Origin: Octopus vulgaris | Lineage: Eukaryota | DNA: 64,000 nt | Direction: 5' to 3' | Assembly: GCA_951406725.2 (NCBI GenBank) | Contig: OX597828.1 | Location: forward strand, 50,034,001-50,098,000 | Part shown: positions 40,201-52,489 of the stretch, in pieces | How the letters are laid out: each line of letters begins with the position of its first letter | Numbering within the stretch: position 1 is the first letter of the stretch | Translations under genes and position numbers: made by a program | The notes under the pieces: model-generated | Told to the model about the DNA's origin: nothing | Seen by the model: only the letters and a program-made list of their open reading frames with translations | Database searches by the model: none

Positions 40201-40645
40201 TTGTGGGTAGGGAGCACTCAGACCAGTTGTTATCTCTCTTCCACGTTTCACCAGTCTTAACAAATCTCCAGATTTGTCCATCCTCACAAAGACTGAAACT
40301 TTCTTGTAGAGCTGAGTTCCGGTTCAGGGAAGCCGCTACACGTAGCTTCGGACGTACATCGGGTGGTAAGCCTGGGCGTGTTCGGAAGGTAGTCCGATTT
40401 TGACACCCAGCTTTAACTGAGTATGCTATGAGGTTACCTCAGCGTGGTCTGAAAAAGACAGCTTGATGAGCCGGGGTTTTGGGCCAGGTCGTCCAAGGCG
40501 GAGAGCACCCGTTGGGGGAACGCAGCCTAGGTCTTTGGCTGAGTTGGCAGCAAATGCCTGAAGACCAGCCATGTCTTCTGGTACCCCAATGGCAATAACT
40601 TCGTGGGTAGCAGAATCCGCGGTCTTCTCTGTTTTTAAATGCGGA
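37267..40645 (-). mobile_element. CR1-clade LINE, complete but inactivated ORF2 plus ORF1 end
   Basis: APE endonuclease SLNARSL, ITVTETW, GDFN, DLLF, SDH; RT NYRPVSLTS, YLDFAKAF, GVPQGSVLGPLLF, YADN (catalytic YADD mutated); frameshifts; (TAT)n tail at 37267-37283. Confidence 0.9.
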
Positions 40646-43600
40646 AAGAGGTACAGATGTGGTAATGGTCCAGTACCATATATTAGTATGCTTGCATTGG
40701 TCATTGTTAGGCTACCATTGTCTTTCTATGGCAGTCTCCTAAGAAATCTGGTGTGTTCCAGACACTCAGAGAAGGCTTGGATCCTATCTTTCTCGAAAGG
40801 GTTATTAATAATGTAACTGTTCTTTTATGATGTCATCTTTTTGGTCAATATTTAAAAATAGATTTTGTCTTCTATAGATAGAATTGGTTTGTGGTTGAGG
40901 AAATTTCCTTCATTTGGTATAAAGCATCCCTCCCATTGCCTGATGGAATGGTTCCCATTTCTCATATATTGGTAAGTTATAGTGCTTGGGTTGGGGACAA
41001 ATCTTGCTTTGTCTTTTCTTTTAACATTTGACTTCTCTCCAGGATGATTTTCCAGGTATTTCGGCGATGCTGCTGATTGGGTTGGGGTCCAGGGCTTTGT
41101 ATTTAGGAGCATTATGGGCCTCCCTCAGGAACTCTGTACACTTTCTTTGAGGTTGCTCAATCTTCCAGATTTTGCTTCACCTAGCAGTATTTTGATGAGT
41201 CCTTGGTCAATTGAGCCCTTTTGTTTTTTTCATCTCATATGGTGTAGAATGCTGTCCTAGAACTGTGACTACCTCCTTTCGGCTGAGAACGAAGGATTTC
41301 AACCAGTTAAAAAGATCATCCCTCACACCCATTGCAGAGTTCACCATAAGCCTTTTGTGTGGCACAGAATTAAAAGCCTTAGCAAAGTCAAGGTAGACAA
41401 CATCCACCCATGAGCCACTGTCAGTGATCTGAGTAATGTCCTCAAGGAACTCGACAAGCTGATCACTGCAGCTGGAGTTAGGGACAAATCCATATTGTGA
41501 GGGTCGGATGAGACTGTGAGAGTTCCAGAAGTTCCAAAGTGTTTCTCTGACACACGATTCCATCAGTTTTGCAATACAGCTAGTGAGACTGACTGGGCGA
41601 TAGTTGACAGGTGATGTGCGGTCGCCCTTTTTGAACAGAGGAATGACACTGGCAGTTTTCCACTGCTCCGGAGTAGCACCATTGTTGAGACAGTACTGGA
41701 AAAAAATAGAAAGCTGGTGTGAAAGGAAGTACCTGCCATGTTTGAGAAGCAGGTGTGTAATGCCATCAAGACCAGGGGAGGCATAGTTGCGCTTATTTTG
41801 AAGGTGACGTCGCAGCATTGCAGGTGTAAATTCCATAGTTGTTATGGAATTTGCTGTTAGAGATGGTGAAGATGGTACATTTTGATTTTCAACTGTGAAT
41901 ATGCTTGCATAGCACTTGGCAATGAGTTCTGCACATTCCTTGGGATTGTCAGTGATCTGGCTTGTGTGAGGGTTGCGAAGAGGGCCCACTGGAGAGTGAG
42001 GTCTCTGCTTCGAATGCACATATTTCCAGAAAACCTTGCTGTCAGGATTGGCTGCTATGCACTGTTCAAATTCAAGCACTGCTTTTTTTGTCACTTGCTT
42101 GAGATGGTTGGAAGATTTATTCCGTTTTTTCCTGTTGGTGTCTGATTTATGCAACTTGTATTCCCGTTCAGCAGTCCGACGTTCCTTCCTGGCAAGTCGG
42201 ACCGCTGAAGTTTCCCAAATTGCACTTTTGGACAGTTCTTATTTTTCTGTTTACGTGGCACTGATGCTGCACATACAGCCCATATTGAGTCCAGGATACT
42301 CTGGAGTATAGTATTCACATCTCCAGAGTTGTAGAATTCACGCCAGTTTGGGTGCTGTAATTCAGTGTGGTACAGGTTCCAATCGAAGGAAGCAGATTGG
42401 AGATGGTTCAGGTTTTTGTTGTTGCCCACAAGAGCCAGATTGGTGATAATCATAGCATGATCAGAGTCACCTAGAGGTTCCTCCGTAGTACAATTGATAA
42501 CCGCTTCAGGAGTTGTGGTGAAGAGCAGGTCCAAGGTGTTGTCGCCTCTTGTTGGAGAGGTGACTACTTGTGACCAGTTTGAGTCCAGTACAAGCTCAAC
42601 GAAATCGTTTGCACTCTGTGGCCAATGGAAGGTTTCCCAATTGATCTCAGGATGATTGAAGTCGCCTGCAATAAAAACATAAGTGGCTGTTTTCCTGGCA
42701 GCAGCTCGGAGTATATCGCAAAGCTGTGTGTCTTGACGGTAATTTGGGGGACGATAAACAATGCCAAGCAGGTGTGTTGACATGGTCATACGTACGTCAC
42801 AGAAAAAAACTTCTTGTGATTCATTCAAATCAGCGCAAGGAATTACCGAAAAATTTGAACGAACGTAGACCATCACACCACCACCACGGCGGTTAATGCG
42901 GTCCTTGCGGAAAAGGTTGTACCCAGTAATATTGAAAACCCCATCACAGAGTAAGGAATGTGCCCATGTTTCCGTGACTGTGATGAAGTCAGGGTCAATA
43001 CTTCTGACATAGGAGTTGAACAGATGTATTTTGTTGCATAAACTGCGAGCATTTAAGGACAACAATTTGTACCCTGCTTGCAGTTTATGATGGTGTGTAG
43101 AGGATGGCAGGTTGTTCTGGTTTAGTTTCCCAGAGTTGCTGTAGTTTTTTTTCCATTTTCAGTTATTGTGGGTAGGGAGCACTCAGACCAGTTGTTATCT
43201 CTCTTCCACGTTTCACCAGTCTTAACAAATCTCCAGATTTGTCCATCCTCACAAAGACTGAAACTTTCTTGTAGAGCTGAGTTCCGGTTCAGGGAAGCCG
43301 CTACACGTAGCTTCGGACGTACATCGGGTGGTAAGCCTGGGCGTGTTCGGAAGGTAGTCCGATTTTGACACCCAGCTTTAACTGAGTATGCTATGAGGTT
43401 ACCTCAGCGTGGTCTGAAAAAGACAGCTTGATGAGCCGGGGTTTTGGGCCAGGTCGTCCAAGGCGGAGAGCACCCGTTGGGGGAACGCAGCCTAGGTCTT
43501 TGGCTGAGTTGGCAGCAAATGCCTGAAGACCAGCCATGTCTTCTGGTACCCCAATGGCAATAACTTCGTGGGTAGCAGAATCCGCGGTCTTCTCTGTTTT

Positions 43601-45340
43601 TAAATGCGGAAAGAGGTACAGATGTGGTAATGGTCCAGTACCATATATTAGTATGCTTGCATTGGTCATTGTTAGGCTACCATTGTCTTTCTATGGCAGT
43701 CTCCTAAGAAATCTGGTGTGTTCCAGACACTCAGAGAAGGCTTGGATCCTATCTTTCTCGAAAGGGTTATTAATAATGTAACTGTTCTTTTATGATGTCA
43801 TCTTTTTGGTCAATATTTAAAAATAGATTTTGTCTTCTATAGATAGAATTGGTTTGTGGTTGAGGAAATTTCCTTCATTTGGTATAAAGCATCCCTCCCA
43901 TTGCCTGATGGAATGGTTCCCATTTCTCATATATTGGTAAGTTATAGTGCTTGGGTTGGGGACAAATCTTGCTTTGTCTTTTCTTTTAACATTTGACTTC
44001 TCTCCAGGATGATTTTCCAGGTATTTCGGCGATGCTGCTGATTGGGTTGGGGTCCAGGGCTTTGTATTTAGGAGCATTATGGGCCTCCCTCAGGAACTCT
44101 GTACACTTTCTTTGAGGTTGCTCAATCTTCCAGATTTTGCTTCACCTAGCAGTATTTTGATGAGTCCTTGGTCAATTGAGCCCTTTTGTTTTTTTCATCT
44201 CATATGGTGTAGAATGCTGTCCTAGAACTGTGACTACCTCCTTTCGGCTGAGAACGAAGGATTTCAACCAGTTAAAAAGATCATCCCTCACACCCATTGC
44301 AGAGTTCACCATAAGCCTTTTGTGTGGCACAGAATTAAAAGCCTTAGCAAAGTCAAGGTAGACAACATCCACCCATGAGCCACTGTCAGTGATCTGAGTA
44401 ATGTCCTCAAGGAACTCGACAAGCTGATCACTGCAGCTGGAGTTAGGGACAAATCCATATTGTGAGGGTCGGATGAGACTGTGAGAGTTCCAGAAGTTCC
44501 AAAGTGTTTCTCTGACACACGATTCCATCAGTTTTGCAATACAGCTAGTGAGACTGACTGGGCGATAGTTGACAGGTGATGTGCGGTCGCCCTTTTTGAA
44601 CAGAGGAATGACACTGGCAGTTTTCCACTGCTCCGGAGTAGCACCATTGTTGAGACAGTACTGGAAAAAAATAGAAAGCTGGTGTGAAAGGAAGTACCTG
44701 CCATGTTTGAGAAGCAGGTGTGTAATGCCATCAAGACCAGGGGAGGCATAGTTGCGCTTATTTTGAAGGTGACGTCGCAGCATTGCAGGTGTAAATTCCA
44801 TAGTTGTTATGGAATTTGCTGTTAGAGATGGTGAAGATGGTACATTTTGATTTTCAACTGTGAATATGCTTGCATAGCACTCGGCAATGAGTTCTGCACA
44901 TTCCTTGGGATTGTCAGTGATCTGGCTTGTGTGAGGGTTGCGAAGAGGGCCCACTGGAGAGTGAGGTCTCTGCTTCGAATGCACATATTTCCAGAAAACC
45001 TTGCTGTCAGGATTGGCTGCTATGCACTGTTCAAATTCAAGCACTGCTTTTTTTGTCACTTGCTTGAGATGGTTGGAAGATTTATTCCGTTTTTTCCTGT
45101 TGTTGTCTGATTTATGCAACTTGTATTCCCGTTCAGCAGTCCGACGTTCCTTCCTGGCAAGTCGGACTGCTGAAGTTTCCCAAATTGCACTTTTGGACAG
45201 TTCTTATTTTTCTGTTTACGTGGCACTGATGCTGCACATACAGCCCATATTGAGTCCAGGATACTCTGGAGTATAGTATTCACATCTCCAGAGTTGTAGA
45301 ATTCACACCAGTTTGGGTGCTGTAATTCAGTGTGGTACAG
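38267..45340 (-). repeat. Tandem array of a 2965-bp CR1+Hero unit (about 2.4 copies)
   Basis: Units start at 38267, 41231 and 44196; identical junction TTTTTTT|CATCTCATATGG at 41231 and 44196. Confidence 0.9.
40646..41230 (-). mobile_element. Highly decayed Hero/NeSL-type (RLE-clade) RT fragment; repeated at 43611-44195
   Basis: IKILLGEAKSGRL, EGCFIPNE, SIEDKIYF, FSECLEHT, YG..PH resemble Hero RT motifs; several stops. Confidence 0.6.
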
Positions 45341-46281
45341 TGTTAATGCGTGGTCGGCCCACTTTCTTGGAGCGATGGACTTTTTTAGGTAGAATCCTCA
45401 CCCTACTTCTAATTAGTGAGTGGTCTGTGTCACAATCCGCGCTGTGGTAACTGCGGGTCAATAGAGTAGAATTCAGGAAGGATCTCCATGTAATGATGAG
45501 ATCCAGCTGATGCCAGTGGTGAGATCTTGGATGTCTCCAAGATGCCTTGTGGGATGGCTTGTTGGTAAAGAATGTGTTTGTGATGCACAGGTTGTGGTAT
45601 GTGCAGAATTCGAGTAGTCTCTGACCATTGTCATTCATGTTGCCAATATCAAAGTGTCCAACACAAATGGGCCACGAATCATGGTCAGATCCCACGCGAG
45701 CGTTAAAATCCCCTAGAAGGTAGATATTTTCAGTCGTTAGTATATTTTCTATGACACAGTTGAGATCTTTGTAGAACTGGTCCTTGGTCTCCTCTGAGCT
45801 GTAGAGAGTGGGAGCATAGATGCTGAGTAGATGTACTGAGCCAGAAGAAGTCGAGAGGATACGCTCACTGCCTCCTGATGGTGGTTCTAGAGGAGAGTAA
45901 TGAGTCTCTCACTGCAAAGCCAAGACCATGCTGATGAGGTTCTTCTGGATCGCTTCCCTGCCAAAAGAAGGTGAAATCCTGTTCTTTGAGTTTGCTGTTT
46001 GAGGGGAGTCTTGTTTCCTGCAGTCCAGCAATGTCTATGTTAAGCCTCTTTAGTTCACAGTCAATGATGGCTGTCTTTCTTGTGTCTTCAGCCCTGAGTA
46101 GGTCATCAGATATGCCAGGGCACATGGTCCTGACATTCCAGCTTGCTAACCACAGGACTGGTGGTTTCTTGTCTTTTAATTGTTTTCCTGGTGCAGAGGT
46201 TGCAGGCCATTTTTCAAGTCAAATTCTTCACTCCAAGCACCCAATGAAGCAGGCGGCCTGTGGTGGGTCAGCACCTTATTA
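45341..46281 (-). mobile_element. RTE-clade LINE 5' part with APE endonuclease
   Basis: LASWNVRTMCPG, DIAGLQETRL, SIYAPTL, LGDFNARVG, SWRHPRSHHWHQLDLII, SADCDTDH. Confidence 0.85.
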
Positions 46282-46580
46282 AATTTAGCTTGGTCTAAAT
46301 GGACCAGTGCCCCACCTTTGCCAGAATCATTATCAAACTCTTCTACAGTGTAGCGTATAAGATGAAGATTATCCTGGATGGCTCTGCCAGGGACTGCACA
46401 GGTTTGTGCCTTCCCGATCAGGTCATCCATGACATGTGTCAATCTTTTTCCTAACACTTTGGCCAAAATCTTCATCTCCGCGTTCAGCAGCATGATGGGC
46501 CTAAAATTGTGTATCCTATCCCCCTTGTCCAGGTCCTTCTTGACCAGCGTCACCACTCCCTGGCACACAGAGCTATCTCC
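46282..46580 (-). mobile_element. Tx1/L1-clade RT fragment
   Basis: NFRPIMLLNAEMKILAKVL...QTCAVPGRAIQDNLHLIR...LVHLDQAK. Confidence 0.85.
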
Positions 46581-47640
46581 CACTCTGTCTCTTCTTTATT
46601 TTCACTGTCATTTTCTTCTCTGCTTTCTTCCTCTGTTTTTTCCATCCTCTGTAGTTTCGTCTTCCAAGTCTTCTTCAATGTTCTCCTCTTTTTCTTTTTC
46701 TTCACCATTTTTGCATTCGGACCTAACATGGCCCTTCTTTCCACATTTAAAACACCTGAGTTTTCTACCCACCACCATGACTACTAACTTCGTATACATT
46801 GTATCTCTGACCTCTGGAATTTTTTCTAGGGTCATAGGCTCTGCTTGGATCAGCATTTTTATTATCTGGCCAAGCCAGACTGTGTCTTCTGTTACTTCCA
46901 CAGAAAGAAGTGTTATTTCTTCTAGGTCGTACAGTACTGCCGCTACTAGCCATTTGGCATTAACCTCCGGTGGTACACAGCTTATCTTTATTTGGGAGGT
47001 TCTCCTCTCCATATAAATCGGCAACAGTACCACCTCATCCGTTCGCAGCAGCTCCACAGAACACTTTTGCACCTGTTCCACTGTTGACATCCTCACTTCA
47101 ACAGTTGCATATCTTTTTCCTCTGGCCAAATATTTGATGTCTTTCCAAATTGGCCTTAAACATTTTTCTACATTTTTGTCATTTACATAGTCAATTCTTT
47201 TCTTTTCAACGTTATATGTTTTGAACACTACAGTCCTTTCGAGTGCATCATCAATGATGCTATGAGGAGGGGCCACCTTTCGTTAATGCCTCTTTTAAGC
47301 GTTTGTTTGCAACTCCAACCTTTATTTCGGTCCCTTCTTTTGTTAATAGCTCTTGGTGTGCCTTCAAATTGGTTGTATCAGTTTTCCTTGAGTTTCCACC
47401 AGCGGCAGCCGCAAAGCTCCTTATTGGTTCCTCCCCAGTTGCAAGGCTGGGCGCGTCAGTATTCCTTCTGCTCACTACGGAATCCTTGCTGGTACTTGGC
47501 ACTGAAGATACACTCTCCCTACACACGACAGTACCTTCCATTGTGTAAAAACACAAATAAATACAGTAAAACGTTTCCCCGCACGGGGGAATTAAAACAG
47601 ATTTTGCTTCAAAACAAGCAATAAACAGTTCCTTTGTTTT
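46581..47640 (-). mobile_element. Tx1-like ORF1 (second subfamily) with partial 5' UTR
   Basis: ATG near 47542; ERTVVFKTY...LLPIYMERRTSQIKI...CFKCGKKGHVRSEC (CCHC); one frameshift. Confidence 0.8.
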
Positions 47641-50600
47641 GGATTCGAGGTGCTGGTTTAAAACCAGTCTCTTGGCCTTCACCTGAGATGCACTGCCAGT
47701 TCGCATTGCTTCCTCTAAGTCCTTAACTAATTCTGATCCCCTGCTAACCTCTCTAGCTACTACACTTATGCTATATCTAATAGACTCGTATCTAATGGCT
47801 CGCTTGAGGGCATACCACCATTTGTTGTTAATAATGGATCCTCTGAATCAGGTCTCTGAATCAGTAACCTAATCCTATCTCTGTACTCCTTAATTGCCAA
47901 AAGGGACGTATTAAGTTTCCAGTAGCCAGGACCTCTATGTAACTTATCTATGTCTAGCCTACAGCTGACCATCTTGTGATCACTGTAGCTTACCATGTGA
48001 AGCTGTGGACTCCTAGCTATTTTTCTATCTGCTTTTCTAATTAATATTCTATCTATATACGACCTGAAAGATCCGTTGCTGTTTGACCATGTCCTCAATG
48101 GAGCGTTCGGATGTACCAGTCTATATGGGTCTACCAGCTATAAATGTCTTAGTAGATCCTGGAAGCAAGTATTTCCTCTCCTATCAGTTCGCGAGCCTCC
48201 ACAGTCTACCCGCGCATCGTAAACTGTGTTGAAGTCTCCTTGTATAGCTAAAGGATATGATGTACTAAGAAACTTTTCTAGGTTCCGAAAATATTCGCTT
48301 TGTTCCCCTGAAGTGTGAGGTGCGTAAACCGCAACCAGTCTGATTTTCTTACAGCTGCTGAACATCAAGTCAACGACGACCAGCCTACCTTCTGGATCTG
48401 AAAAAATCTACTTTTTCTCAGAAACCCGGTTCTTTTTGCAGAGGACCGACACCCTACTTCCGCTGGGCGGACGGCTCGGAGAGACAATCCTCTTGCAACC
48501 GCCAAACAGCAGGAGCAGATCTCTTGGCCCTTTTAACCAGGTTTCTGTGGCAACAATAACATCTAAATCCTGTGACCTGATGTCATTTAGGAAGCACCCT
48601 TGCTTCTAGCTCGACATCAGACCACGCACATTTATGCACCCTACTTGAATGCGAGACATCACCTACCTTAATCGGTCTTCTTTATTTTCTCGGCAGCTCG
48701 TGGGGTAAAATTCCGGCATACTTTGTCCACTAGTGAACCATGTAGGTCGTGTCATGGTCCGAATATGCTGGACTTATGTACGTTTCTTAGGATATTAAAG
48801 TTCCTTTTGTCTACTTTGTATGTTTCAACATTATTTGGTAGATTTTTGTGTGTTTGGCATTTCTGTGCCAGTGTGTTATTGTCCAGATCTTTCATGAGTC
48901 TGTCATTTTTTGTCGACCGCCATGTACACTGTTTCAGGAGATGTAAAGGACATATCTTCTTCTGAGGAAGATTCTCCTGAACTTGGTGAAGGGTTGGACG
49001 AGGAGGTGGAGCCTTGGAGGGGTGGGAATTGTTCATCGTTGAGGGGTGAGGGTGGTTGTGGTGGGTTAGATGGGTGGGGCTTCACTTTTTTTCTTTTTGT
49101 GGGGAACCATGGTGGGGTGGGTTTGTTTTTCCTTGTGTGTTTGCTGTGTTCTTTTTCTTGTTTGTGCTTGGGTTGGGTGGGAATAAATCTTCGTTCCTTC
49201 ACTTGGGTTTTTTTTCTCTGTCTCACCGGGGTGAACTCCTCTTCTCTTTGTTCTTGCCTGAGTTCCTGGTGTTTTTTACTTTCTTTTTGTCTTCTCTCTT
49301 CCGCTTCCTTCTTTTTTTCCTCCTCCTCTTTTTTCTGGGTGGGGCATTTGGCTCGAATGTGACCTTTCTCGCCACATTCATAGCACCTAGGTTTTCTACC
49401 CTCTACCAGCACTCGCAACGTAATCTCCTCACTGAAGTTTATGTTTTCAATGATCTCTTTGAGAGTTTCCGGACTTGCTTGAATTGTGATTTCAAGGCTC
49501 TGACCCCGCCAGTTTTGTTTCAGAACTCTCGTCACCTCGATGATGGTGATTTTATCCTCTAGCTCCATTATTAAAGCTGGAAGTAACCACTCCACATTAA
49601 TCTCTGGCGGAATTTCCTCTATTTTCACTTTGGCGGAATTTCCTCTATTTTCACTTTGGCCGTTCTTCTGCCTAGGTATGTTGGCAAAAGTATGATATCG
49701 TTCTTATTGGCTTTAACGAGTGAAATTTTGCCTTCTTCTCGTCTTTGTAATAAACCACTATTGTGGCATATTTCTTCCCACAAGTGATATAATCTATGTC
49801 ACCCCAAATAGCTTGGAGGCACCTCTCTGCCTGTTCAGTGGTGACTTTTTCTATCTTTTTATCCTTTATTATGAAGGATTTGTACACGATGATTCTTTCC
49901 TGTGTCTGTTTCAGGATATCACTTGGGAGGGCGGCCTTGGCATCGGTCCCCTCCCTCTTGTACATATTTTTGTATTTCATGTAGTCGCACTCATTTAGGT
50001 TTAAAACCTCTTGCTTTTGGCCAGCTGCAGCTGCAAACTTTACTGTTTTTTCCCCGTTGCTTGACTCTTCACTGATCTGTTTGTTCTTTTCGGAAGCTGA
50101 TTTCCCACTGGTTTGCATATTCTTTTCAAAATCGGTTCCAGCAGATTTTTCATAAGTTTCTTGGTTCTTTTCAGAATCGGTTTTAACTGATTTTTCACAA
50201 ATTTGTTTTTCCATGGTTTTTCCAGAGGATGAACCTCTAACAGATGAAATAGATGCCATTTCTACTGAGATCATTTTTTTCTGCCAAAGCCACTATGTCT
50301 TCAGTATCCATTTTTGGGTTTTTTTTTTTTTAAGAAAGAAAGAATATATTTTTGTGTAAAATCACAAATGAAGCACTTTTCCCCTCCTTATGGAGAGGAA
50401 CAACAGTTTTTTTTGTCTGTTCCAAGACAGACACACAAGTCAACAACCAACAAAATTCAATTAAACACAACTTACTTCAACAATCCAAAAACGAGAAATG
50501 ACGGTTCGACGTGACTTTACTTCTCTTCAGATTTTCAACACCAGGGGAGGGTGAGATCTTTATATCCCCACCCTCTTCTTTTGTTCTCTCAAAAAGCTCA

Positions 50601-50645
50601 AGAGAGCTTCTCCGTTTCAATAACAATATCTATTGAAGACACAGC
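47641..50645 (-). mobile_element. Tx1-like LINE (third subfamily): 5' UTR, ORF1 (50274-~48670), ORF2 endonuclease (48659-~47645), 3'-truncated
   Basis: ORF1 CYECGEKGHIRAKC; ORF2 MSRIQVGCINVRGL...VATET, VAVYAP, GDFN, SYIDRILI, SDH, GPGYWKLNTSLL; stops and frameshifts. Confidence 0.85.
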
Positions 50646-51290
50646 GGCTACTGCCGTGAACTTTTTTGCTGGCTCATGCAGCTGGTTCTTTTCTTGGGTG
50701 GAGGCGCAATGGCCCAGTAGTTAGGGCAGCGGTCGTAGGATCGCGGTTTCGATTCCCAGACCGGGTGTTGTGAGTGTTTATTGAGCGAAAACACCTAAAG
50801 CTCCACAAGGCTCCGGCAGGGATGGTGGTGGTCCCTGCTGTACTCTTTCACCACAACTTTCTCTCACTCTTCCTGTTTCTGTTGTACCTGTATTTCAAAG
50901 GGCCGGCCTTGTCACTCTCTGTGTCACGTTGAATATCCCCGAGAATTACGTTAAGGGTACACGTGTCTGTGGAGTGCTCAGCCACTTACATGTTAATTTC
51001 ACGAGCAGGCTGTTCCATTGATCGGATCAACCGGAACCCTCATCGTCGTAGCCGACGGAGTGCTTCCATCCATCCATCTTTTCTTGGGTTATTTCGACTG
51101 ACATATTTGTTTGAAATAAATGAAACAATTCAATCCCTGAAAAAGGGAAACCTATAATTTTTTAACTTTTTTTTCCCTCTTAATGAGGACAACAGTTCAA
51201 ATGCCGCCCCTGCTGGTGGGTGAGACGTAGCAACAAAGCCTGCGACATTCGAAATTAATTTTTTTTTTTTCACACAATAATATAATATAG

Positions 51291-51521
51291 TGTTATATTT
51301 CGGAATGGTCATATTGCCAGTTTAGCCAATAAAAACACACGCACTATATATTTGGTGTTACTTTGCTTCAGCGTTATTTATGTTTTACATTAATCTTAAT
51401 CTTATTTCGGCCAGATTAAGATTAATGTAAAAAAATAACACTGAAGCAAAGTAACACCAAATATATAGTGCGTGTGTTTTTATTGGCTAAACTGGCAAAA
51501 TGACCATTCCGAAATATAACA
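51291..51521. repeat. Near-perfect ~110-bp inverted repeat (long hairpin, ~10-nt loop)
   Basis: 51291-51402 is the reverse complement of 51413-51521 with few mismatches. Confidence 0.9.
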
Positions 51522-52453
51522 ATATCTGTTTCAACACGACTTCACATAAAAAAATCTTGCACAACAAATATTTAAACGTACTAATATAATATAGAATCCC
51601 CCAAAACAGGAAACCTATAATATTTTTTTCCTCACAACGAGGACAACAGTTCAAATCTTGCCCACGCTAGTTGCAGATGCCACAATAGAGCCTACAATGG
51701 CTAAAATTAAATTTTTTTTTTTTTTTTCCACAATAATAAATTGTTTATCCCCAAAAACGGGAAACCTATAATATTTTTTTTTTTCCTCTTAATGAGGATA
51801 ACAGTTCAAATGCCACCCCCGCTGGGGGTGGGGGGGGGGGGCATGGCAATAAAGCCTACAATGGCTTTAATAAGTTAAATATTAATAGTATTAATAATTT
51901 CAATATTTCAACAATTACTTTCTCCTGTCACCGGAAAAAAGCACAAAAATTTTCAAAGTTCACGAAAATATTCAACAATAGGCGCAGGAGTGGCTGTGTG
52001 GTAAGTATCTTGCTAATCAACCACATGGTTCTGGGTTCAGTCCCACTGCATGGCATCTTGGGCAAGTGTCTTCTGCTATAGCCCCGGGCTGACCAATACC
52101 TTGTGAGTGGATTTGGTAGATGGAAACTGAAAGAAGTCTCGTATATATATATATGTATGTGTGTGTGTGTGTGTTTGTTAGTGTGTTTGTCCCCCTAGCA
52201 TTGCTTGACAACCGATGCTGGTGTGTTTATGTCCCCGTTACTTAGCGGTTTGGCAAAAGGGACCGATAGAATAAGTACTGGGCTTACAAAAGAATAAGTC
52301 CCGGGGTCAAGTTGCTCGATTAAAGGCGGTGCTCCAGCATGGCCGCAGTCAAATGACTGAAACAAGTAACAGAACAGAAAAATAGAAAAATTATCCACGT
52401 GCAACAAAATGTTTGACTCACCGCTAAAAAAAGACGTCCGTCTACGACAAACA

Positions 52454-52489
52454 TAAGCAAGCTACTTACCACACAGCCACTCCTATGCC
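52454..52489 (-). mobile_element. Displaced 5' head of the SINE A copy at 35805-36152, including the 14-bp TSD
   Basis: TAAGCAAGCTACTTACCACACAGCCACTCCTATGCC supplies exactly the part missing from the SINE that ends at 36152. Confidence 0.75.
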
